DNA of 60,391 bases, filler included, from Squatina squatina (Eukaryota): NCBI GenBank assembly GCA_031763465.1. It is 4 parts of 3 records of this genome, joined end to end, with 100 filler letters (N's around TTAATTAATTAA, not from the genome) between each part and the next. Parts side by side here need not be neighbours in the genome. Positions count along the whole stretch, not along the records: positions 47,677 to 60,391 come from JARFOE010000080.1; 3 more parts are not named here. One strand, written 5' to 3'. Both the position numbers and the translations under genes were made by a program. Of the stretch, positions 51,538-60,391 are shown one piece after another. Positions within the stretch are counted from its first letter, which is position 1, and every line of letters begins with the position of its first letter. The notes beneath the pieces were generated by a model, which was given only the letters and a program-made list of their open reading frames with translations, had not been told where the DNA came from and ran no database searches.

Positions 51538-52699
51538 GTAAATACTATAAAATGTAATTTTATTCTGTTTATCTGTTTGTTACTGTTCTAACTGTTTCAT
51601 TTAAAATTATCCTGTACAATGTACCTATACTACAAATTCCAACAGCTCTGCATGGTACAGAATAGAAACTAAATTTAAAATGAGTGACTAAGTCAACACT
51701 AGTTTTCAGTCTTTGAGCTACTTGATCAAAGCATACTGAAGTGTAGTGTATGCTGTGTGGTTGCAGATTGCTATGCACAATGAATTCAGAAAGTGTATCC
51801 AATCCATGCACACTGAGGAAAATTTATAAGATAACCTGGTAGTAAAGTGGAACAAAGGATGAAAATGAAAGAGGAGTCAATAAGTAAATAAATAAAAGCA
51901 ATTAACCAAAAAAGGAGAACCACTCGTCAAGAAAGTGAGAAATGGAACAGCCCAATGAAGTATTCAGTGAGAAGGTCCTAGTTTCAATTCCAGTCGTGGA
52001 GAGTCAACTGATCTCAGTTGGGTGATGCACTGAAGTGGTACACTTGACCTTAGCATGCCGAGGCCAAGGAGGGGGAAAATCAGTCACTCCCTAATCACTA
52101 TCCCGTGACCCTTGCTGGAAAGTGCACGTGGGGTCGGCATCGAGTGAGAATATAGTCAGACTTGGCTATAATGCCCTATTTGCCCAATTGACTGCCAATA
52201 TTCCCCATCCAGGTTGAAGAGTCGCCACTTGGGCAAGATATTTGATGGCTGCTGGAGCTATGGAATTGTGTTGAGTGCTTTCAAGGNNNNNNNNNNNNNN
52301 NNNNNNNNNNNNNNNNNNNNNNNNNNNNNNNNNNNNNNNNNNNNNNNNNNNNNNNNNNNNNNNNNNNNNNNNNNNNNNNNNNNNNNAGTCTTATAGGGGG
52401 AAAGAGAGGTTTAGGGAGGGAATTCCAAAGCTTAGGGCCTTGGCAGCTGAAGGAATGGCCAACAATGGTGGAGCGATTTAAAATCGGGGATGTTCGAGGC
52501 CAGAATTACATGAGCGCGGATATCTTTGTGGGCTGTGGGTCTGCAGGAGATTACAGAGATTGGGAGGGGCGAGGCCATGGAGGGATTTGAAATCAAGGGT
52601 GATAATTTTTCAGTTGTGCCAATGCGTAATGATGATTGAAAAATATTGGTAGAATTATTTCCATATTCATGCTCATGTTTGTATTTTGTGATCTAACAG

Positions 52700-53137
52700 G
52701 GCTGCAAGAAAGAGATAAACTTGGTGTTACTTCTCCAATGCAGTCTCCTCAAGTTACAGAAGAAGATTGGGAGAAAATTGCTGAAAATGAACCACAACAA
52801 TCAGAAAATGAAAGAAACAAAAACCACAATAAAGCTTTCCTATATCTACAGTCACCGGAGAGAGAAAATATAAGGACCAACGTTGCTCAATTCTGTACAG
52901 AAGGAAATTCAGAGTTCACACAAGCTAAACATGATGAATATTTTGCTCAAGAGAACATAGATTCCCAGGATAGCAGATCCAATGTAGAAATTGGAAACCA
53001 ACAAAATAATTATAGTAGTGATGGGTGCAGTGAAGAAGGATATGAGGAAGATGTGATACAACCAAGAACCTTAAATGACATGACTGTTATGACTGACAGG
53101 ACCAGTCCTTGGTCAAGTATCTTGTCAGATTTCGAGG
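52700..53137 (+). CDS. C2CD3: C2CD3 C-terminal-region exon (3' end in a gap)
   Basis: Open frame after ctaacag ending YEEDVIQPRTLNDMTVMTDRTSPWSSILSD (compare recalled YEEDIIEPRTLNEITTVTDKTSPWSS). Confidence 0.82.
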
Positions 53138-53238
53138 NNNNNNNNNNNNNNNNNNNNNNNNNNNNNNNNNNNNNNNNNNNNNNNNNNNNNNNNNNNNNNN
53201 NNNNNNNNNNNNNNNNNNNNNNNNNNNNNNNNNNNNNC

Positions 53239-53700
53239 GTGGGTTTCCCCATGGTTCAGGGTGCAATAGATTGCACCCACGTTGCTCTCAGGGCGCCAGA
53301 GCAGAATTCCGAGATCTTCCGCAACACGAAGAGCTACCATTCCCTGAATGTACAGCTGATGTGTGACCACACATGAAGAATCCACACAGTAGATGCACGG
53401 TACCCAGGCAGCAGTCACGATGCGTTCAACCTCAGGCAGAGCGGCATGCCAGAGATGTTCCAGCCACCACATTCTCTTCAAGGATGGATCCTCGGTGACA
53501 AGGGATACCCGCAGCAAACATGGCTCATGCCTCCCCTGCATAACCCCAGCACTGCAGCTGAGCTATCATACAATGAAAGCCATGGTACCACCCAAAATCT
53601 TATTGGTCTGCAAAGGTTTCGCTTCTTTGACCACTCGGGTGGCTCCTTGTAGTACTTGCCTCACTGGGTTTTCAATTTCACTATTGTCTGCCTATGTTGA
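53239..53700 (+). pseudogene. PIF/Harbinger (HARBI1-like DDE) transposase relic
   Basis: GFPMVQGAIDCTHV...YHSLNVQLMCD*...ARYPGSSHDAF...GWILGDKGYP...YNESH, with in-frame stops at 53374-53376 and 53650-53652. Confidence 0.88.
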
Positions 53701-53713
53701 TTAAAACAGTTAC

Positions 53714-53894
53714 CCTTTATAGAAGGCTGTGCAACCCTCCATTGTCAACATGATAAAGGAACAGTTCAAGGCACTTCTGTATTGGCCAAGGGCAGAGTTC
53801 ATGTATCTCGTCTTCACTACATCAACGGGTGAAGCCACAATGGTCGTGCAGAATCCAGCACCAAAAGCGGCACAAAAATGGCATGGAAGGTTAT
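53714..53894 (-). CDS. UCP3: Mitochondrial uncoupling protein paralog (UCP3-like), 181-nt exon
   Basis: [61 protein letters not shown], bounded by ag/gt. The UCP family call is certain; UCP3 is inferred from its position between C2CD3 and UCP2. Confidence 0.72.
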
Positions 53895-53976
53895 CTGCAA
53901 ACAAAATCTTAATCACTATTTTGCGCTAACGAAAAATAAGTTTCAGCCATCATGTTCATCAATGTACAATGCTTAC

Positions 53977-54078
53977 CGGTCATAAGGTTATACGCTATCA
54001 GTGCATCCTTAATCAGATCATAAGTCACCAGCTCTGAACAGTTCACAATAGAATTGCGAACAATATTTGGCACAGTAC
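53977..54078 (-). CDS. UCP3: UCP3-like 102-nt exon
   Basis: [34 protein letters not shown], bounded by ag/gt and phase-compatible with 53714-53894. Confidence 0.72.
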
Positions 54079-54461
54079 CTGCAAAACCAACAAATGCTTT
54101 ATTGGCACCTGAATTGGACTTTTCAGTCCTCCTATAGCATATTGTATACAATATGACATTATGGAGAAGTTCATTTAGCCCATTAAGAACTGTATTAGCA
54201 GTCATTTAACTATATAGAAACATAGAAGATAGGAACAGGAGTAGGCCTTTTGGCCCTTCGAGCCTGCTCCGCATTCAATGAGATCATGGCTGATCTTTCA
54301 NNNNNNNNNNNNNNNNNNNNNNNNNNNNNNNNNNNNNNNNNNNNNNNNNNNNNNNNNNNNNNNNNNNNNNNNNNNNNNNNNNNNNNNNNNNNNNNNNNNN
54401 CCTGCTGCAAGACAGAGCAGGATTTTCTCATCGCTCATTGCTAACCACAACTTTGCTGAAA

Positions 54462-54587
54462 ATGGTTGGATTCAAACCCACAGATGTTCCTCCAACAGCC
54501 ACAGTGACATTTATTGGCGCTGGCACAGCTGCTTGCATAGCTGACTTGTTCACCTTCCCGTTGGACACTGCTAAAGTCAGACTACAG
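54462..54587 (+). CDS. UCP2: UCP2-like first coding exon
   Basis: [42 protein letters not shown], then gtaag; 126 nt. Confidence 0.85.
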
Positions 54588-55369
54588 GTAAGATCCTAGT
54601 AATGTCTTGGTGTAAGCACATGGCTTTGGCCAGCATAGACATTGGCATACCATCTGACTTGGTCTGATACATTGTTGTGAATTCTTCAATTTCAACCTTC
54701 ACAGTAACATTTTTAGTAAATTTACTAGCTGTTTTTGAAATGTACCAAAAGCACTGAACATTTCTTAGAAATATTTGCTAGATAGCCCTACAAGTTCTCA
54801 TTGTCTTTAAGCACTCTGGTTTATTTAGTTTGGATTAAGGAAGAGCAGTCTTTTGTCAGCAGCTCTTTTCATTTACACTGCTAAAACCATAAAAGGGACC
54901 TATGATTATGCCATTATAAGAAGGGAACCAGATTAGCAGTGTAAACGTAGGGATTTGGCACAGGCTACTGCTCTCACACAAGTTGAACTAAGCAAGCGCC
55001 AGTGTAAAAGTGCCTTCTAACTTGTACCTGCATATATGTTGGAACTAATCGCTTGAAGTTGTCCTTTTAGTGGCTGTTTGTCTTTCTGCTTGATGGTTAG
55101 TGTTTGCATTACATTGCCCACTTTGGCCTTTTTTATCAACAATAATAAATAGCAAATGATGAAACTTGCTGCTCATCAAACCTCTACTTACAACATTTCT
55201 ATATATGTAATTTTTTTTTACAAATAACAGTTAACAAGTCCTGAGCTGGAATTGCCCTGTGATGACCAAGTGCTGGATCTGGGATGCCTAAGTGTTAAAC
55301 TAGTCTACATGTGAGCTGGGCTGAGCCCAAATCTCACACGCCTGTTGATCCGATTTTTGTCCTGCACAG

Positions 55370-55577
55370 ATTCAAGGGGAATCGAAGTCTGCTGCAGAAG
55401 TGGTCACCTTAAAGTATAGAGGTGTCTTTGGCACCATGGCTACAATGGTCAAGACTGAGGGACCCAGAAGTCTCTACAGTGGTCTGGTAGCTGGTCTCCA
55501 ACGTCAGATGAGTTTTGCTTCTGTGCGCATTGGACTTTATGATTCTGTGAAACAGTTCTACACCAAAGGATCTGAAC
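55370..55577 (+). CDS. UCP2: UCP2-like second coding exon
   Basis: [69 protein letters not shown], then gtaagt. Confidence 0.85.
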
Positions 55578-56751
55578 GTAAGTACAGTATATAATTAACT
55601 ATCAAATGTCATGTTATTGATGGTTAGAGTGAGGAATACCTAACTCCCCAAATAGGGCAGTCTTGTGGCTGCTTTTCCATCCAACATAATGTTTCTTGAC
55701 TGGCGCTGGATGCAGGAAAGAGCTATCAATGTTGGATTTGAGGATGAAGGGAAAAAAACAAATGCAGTCCTCCAGACAAATGTATGATGGTAAGCTTCCA
55801 CTGATCTGGAAAAGACTGGTCACTGAGCAGTCGACGATTTTTTTTTAATTGTATTGCCAATTTTAGATTGCACAAGGCTGCTGACTTTAGTCCCTTTTTT
55901 TAATATCCATCTCAGGTACTTGTGCTGCTTTTTTTCCTGAAGTATTGGTCTTGCACGGCTGGCACCACCCCAGTGAAAACCTGACCAGATTTTCTATATC
56001 TGGTCACTAGGAAGACTTTTTATAAATAAATAATTAAAACAGGTTTTGGAAGCTGAGCTTAGTGAATCTGACTGATTTTTACATCAGGTTTGCAATTGGT
56101 TCAGCAAGGACCAGCGGTACTGACGCCAACATAAATCAACTATTTTTAGAAATTGNNNNNNNNNNNNNNNNNNNNNNNNNNNNNNNNNNNNNNNNNNNNN
56201 NNNNNNNNNNNNNNNNNNNNNNNNNNNNNNNNNNNNNNNNNNNNNNNNNNNNNNNATTCTTTTGAAGTTGATATTTGAGCCTTTCTTTCAGAATGGGTGG
56301 GAAGTACTTCTCTCCCTATTGGTCTGTCTGGCCATGGTGTTTGAGGGGTGGGGTGGGGGAAAGCCACACCTAACAGGAATGCACTGCCTCCTCCAGCTGG
56401 AGATGGTGGCTGCTTTGAAGTAGGAAATGGGCCAATGCTGCTGCTGCTGCATTTGGAGTGCTCTGGATGATACTCTGGAGTGACATCCAGAAATTCTGTT
56501 GAATAGGACATACTGAGATGTATATTGATGGAGTTTTATGGGACCATCAACGTTCTGCCTCAAAAATTGAGTAAGATACCAATTCACTTGCCAGTTGCTT
56601 GGAATATCTTCAATTTCTATTGATTTTTAACAGGTTCTAAAACCAATTGAGAGGAATGTTAACCTAAAAGGTGCTTGACTTAACAATCCAGGCTCTCCTA
56701 AATTGGTGCAGAAAATATTTCAAAACTAATGTTTTGATATCTTTCCTACAG

Positions 56752-56932
56752 ATAACCTTCCATGCCACTTTTCTTCTGCTATTGGTGCTGGATTCTGCAC
56801 AACCATTATTGCTTCGCCTGTTGATGTAGTGAAGACAAGATACATGAACTCTGCCCCTGGCCAATACAGCAGTGCCTTAAACTGTGCAGTAACCATGTTT
56901 ACAAAGGAGGGTCTCTCAGCCTTTTATAAAGG
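56752..56932 (+). CDS. UCP2: UCP2-like 181-nt exon (the two preceding exons are missing, presumably in gap 56156-56255)
   Basis: [60 protein letters not shown], then gtaagt. Confidence 0.85.
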
Positions 56933-57515
56933 GTAAGTGCTCGTCGCTAATGTTTCTAACATAGTAAAACACAATCTTGGCTCATACAGTTGCATTTTTT
57001 TGCTACCAAGTGTTCCTGCCTTAATTTAACATGCTAGCAAGATGAGGATTGAATCACAGTGATAATGGGATGCGAATAGGATACTGGAACTTGAGAGCAT
57101 GGAAGGCAGAAACAAGGGAGCTAGTTAGCTGACAAATAGCACCAGTCATCTCCAACAGGATACCAAAGGAGAGGAAGTGGAGAGTTTGATTAGGGTGTTG
57201 AAGGAACTTGGGGTATCTTTTTAACTTTGATTTAATTCCACCATTTTAACTTGAACACTAAACTGGTTTGTAATTAAGCTGCTCCCTACTTGTTTTTCTT
57301 AAAAGCTGCAAAATTGCCCGACTTCAAGATCTCTGCTTAAAATGGTTTCCAGTTATTGACATCTAGAGTTGAATGGTCAGCATACAGTACAGCATTTAAA
57401 TATAATTTGCTATACGCAATTGGTGTAGCAAGCTGTTCAAAGCACATTTGCCTCTATGTAGACCCAAGTATATTTGTACATGCTTCTAAATGCAATTATT
57501 ATTATTTCATTCCAG

Positions 57516-57615
57516 GTTTATGCCATCATTTCTACGCCTGGGGTCATGGAACATTGTGATGTTTATTACCTATGAACAGCTGAAACGAGCTCTGATGGTA
57601 GCCAGGCTTTCTTAA
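57516..57615 (+). CDS. UCP2: UCP2-like last coding exon
   Basis: [32 protein letters not shown]. Confidence 0.85.
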
Positions 57616-58029
57616 GAATCTTCTCTGTAAACAGAAATAATGCTTAGTTTTAGCTGCTGAGTTTGCACAACTTGTATACCAATAATAACTCTTTAGTTCC
57701 TCCTACCTCTTTCATAGAATTTTGCATATTTGCTCAAGTAGGTTTTGTAAGACCTTGGGAATGGCTTCAGGTTTTAAATCTTAAATAATCCATTGTTCTG
57801 TGCAATATTTAATTTCTTTACTGATTTTCATATCTTTTTGGCACTATGTATCCCACTCCCTAAAATAGTCACTACAGACTATTTTAAATATTTTGTTTTA
57901 TTTCCGATCCTTTCCTCGTGCACTGGCCACAATTTGCCGTTGAGCTGCCTCACTGAGCGCAATCCAGTGTCAGTATGGCACATTGCAGGTTAGTGTCTGT
58001 GGGTTAGATGGCGGAGGGCCAAGAATTGG

Positions 58030-58300
58030 GCTCAGTTGGCCCACTGGATTAGATAGACTCTGACCTTCCACTTCTTGGGTCATGGTTCAAATCTAGCCTC
58101 CCATACCCATCTGCTGGGATTGAAGGCTATACTCCGTCTGATGAGTCCTGGTGAAATGAGCCAAGGTCAGACCTGTGCTGTGCCACTGCCCAGGGAGAAA
58201 ATTGAGTGCCCAAATCAGCAACGTCATTCACAGAAGCACAAGGTGGCAAATGTCAGTGGGGATGCTCTTCTGAGGAAGATGGCGCTGCGTCTTAATGCCC
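58030..58300 (+). mobile_element. Degenerate LF-SINE-like tRNA-derived SINE
   Basis: ccttccacttcttgggtcatggttcaaatctagcc ... ccatctg ... gtgaaatgag resembles the recalled LF-SINE 5' half. Confidence 0.4.
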
Positions 58301-58484
58301 CACCTACCTGAATTCCTGAACTTCCACGATTACAATGCTCACCATTCACAGAAATTGAATTACAAAGGAGAGGCAAACCAGAACAGGCATAGGGATTTGT
58401 AACTATCAATTATTACACTGAATCAATCTCTGGGCACCAAGTGGAGCACAAGTGCGTCAGGTGATGCAATGGACAAGGTGCAGA

Positions 58485-58677
58485 ACATAAGAAAAAAGAA
58501 TTAGGAGCTGGAGTAGGCCTTTTGAGCTGCTCCGCCATTCAACAAGATCATAGCTGATCTTTGACCTCAACCCCACTTTCCCGCCCAATCCCCAAATCCC
58601 TCGATTCCCCTAGAGTCCAAAAATCTATCGATCTCAGCCTTGAATATACTCAACAACTCAGCATCCACAGCCCTCTG
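58485..58677 (-). mobile_element. CR1 LINE 3' tail
   Basis: aacataagaa...ggagtaggcc...ctgctccgccattcaa. Similar tails occur at 41477-41600 (+), 54215-54300 (-) and 60200-60391 (-). Confidence 0.75.
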
Positions 58678-59442
58678 NNNNNNNNNNNNNNNNNNNNNNN
58701 NNNNNNNNNNNNNNNNNNNNNNNNNNNNNNNNNNNNNNNNNNNNNNNNNNNNNNNNNNNNNNNNNNNNNNNNNNNNNAGTGGTAGCGCTTGATTTAGCGT
58801 TCCACTTCCTTATTGGAGTGCTAAAGCAGAAGTTCCCGGCGGAAACAAATCTTTTTGCGCCCGGCGATACTTTTGCACTCCCTGAAAAGTTATCACCCCA
58901 ATCGGAGCGCCACGCAATTTCTAGCCATGACTTTTAGAATAATGCTGTCGATACATATTCACTGAGACTATGGAGTACTATTGAAGTCATCTGTAAAATC
59001 ATATCATGCAAGAGAAAAATATGCTTCTATTCCCCAGTCCTAATTCCCAGGCTCTGAATTGACACTGTAATCTATCTGAACATTGCACGTACCTTTGCCA
59101 GGGAAATAGGAGCATAGAAAATTAGATCATTTTCTTCTCGACAGAACCATTGGTGTGATTTCTCTTTCACAATGAATATAATGTCTGCTGGAATATTATT
59201 TGGACCCTGCATGAATCAAGAGTAATAAACCTAATTTAACTGATACAAAAAAGTGGTTAAAATTTCATAACTATTTAATAATTTCACAGTCACAACCATT
59301 TTTCAACTAATCCTGAGAACAATGCATGAATATTTGTTCAACAGCTTTTAATGATAAGGTTCTCTGCAATTTGTATTGGTATATTTTATGCTGTCGAATA
59401 ACCTGCTTAGAAAGAAATAATGGTTACTTGGTCATGGGGACT

Positions 59443-59766
59443 CAGTAGCATAGTGATTAAGTTGCGGGACCAGTATTGATCCAGAGATGTGAGTTCAAAT
59501 CCCACCACTTAAATTCAGTTAATTCTGGAATTTAAAAAAAAGCTAGTGGAGACTATCGGATTGTCATTAAAAACCCATCTGGTTCCCTAATGTCCTTACC
59601 TGGTCTGGTCTGGCCTAGATGTAACTCGAGACCTACAGCAATGTGCTTGACTCTTATCTGCTCTCTGAAAGAGCCTAGCAAGCCACTCACTTGTAAGAAC
59701 CACCTTCTCATGAGCAATAAATGCTGGCCTCGCCAGTGACACCCACATCCCAGGAATGAATTAAAA
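59443..59766 (+). mobile_element. HE1-like SINE, near full length
   Basis: tagcatagtg (A-box-like), gagttcaaatccc (B-box-like), body, and a HER1-type tail gcaataaatgctggcc...cacatcccaggaatgaat. Confidence 0.75.
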
Positions 59767-60391
59767 TATCAGTCAATGGCCTTGAAATCTGATCGTGCAG
59801 GGGTCAGGGCTTGCACTGCATATGCCTCTTTGTGTTGTCCCAGGCAGCACGTAATATTGTGCTGCAAGCTGATTATAATGAATCAGGCTTGCTGCTGCCA
59901 ATTGGGTGGGGGGCAGTGAGGGAGTGAAGTCAGACACCTCTTAAAGGCAGCAAAACAGGAGGCATATTTTGGCTGTAGAAGGAAGGAGACACTTCTGAAC
60001 AGAGAATTGGCTGCTTGATTGACTGTAGATTGTGTCCCCAGATTCTCCAATGCTTCTGGTGGACAGGAGATGGGGGATCCTGTTTCCCCCCACCCCACAG
60101 GGCAGAAAGCCATCCAGGCAATATCTCCACTGCCAGTGGGAAGACATTCCAGAGGAAGTCAATGTCAGGTGCCTAAATCCCAGGACATGGCAGAAATGCC
60201 AAAACACAGGAACAGAAGTAGACTATTCAGCCCCTTGAACCTGTTCCACCATTCAGTGAGATCATGGCTGATCTGTATCCTAACTCCATCCATACCCCTT
60301 AATACTCTTGGCTAGCAAAAATCTAGCGATCTGAATTAAAATTATTAATTGAGCTAGCATCTACTGATTTTTCTGGCAGAGCGTTCCACAC

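Noticed and set aside
52636-53376. Apparent C2CD3-Harbinger transposase fusion ORF (246 aa)
   Set aside because: The two halves are on different contigs separated by a 100-N gap, so the in-frame join is arbitrary.
58138-58160. ctgatgagtcctggtgaaa as a hammerhead ribozyme core
   Set aside because: There is no closing GGAC or G-C pair for stem II and no convincing stems I and III. It lies within the SINE-like element.
59880-60200. Possible Tx1/L1 LINE remnant (DIAWMA peptide on the minus strand)
   Set aside because: Too degraded to support as a feature without a profile search.

Overview
This is vertebrate DNA, almost certainly from a cartilaginous fish (shark), judged by HE1-like and SacSINE1/Deu-like SINEs and abundant CR1, L2 and Penelope-like fragments. 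It comes from a fragmented assembly of 1-2 kb contigs joined by N runs. Three 100-nt linkers (N44-TTAATTAATTAA-N44, centred near 13250, 31760 and 47626) join four unrelated scaffolds. Each scaffold carries exons of genes that are neighbours in human: (1) CEMIP2/TMEM2 last exon; (2) MTIF3(+), GTF3A(-), RASL11A(-), RPL21(-), USP12(+); (3) TGFBR3 last exon(+) convergent with CDC7(-); (4) C2CD3(+), a UCP3-like fragment(-) and a UCP2-like gene(+). Most gene models are partial because exons fall in gaps. Gene and repeat identities come from recalled sequence similarity plus splice signals and exon lengths, not from database searches. Repeat boundaries are approximate. I found no convincing novel system. 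The best leads are the apparently inverted UCP paralog, a premature stop in the UCP2-like last exon, a Harbinger transposase relic with a candidate MITE family, a decayed Penelope hammerhead ribozyme and an LF-SINE-like element.
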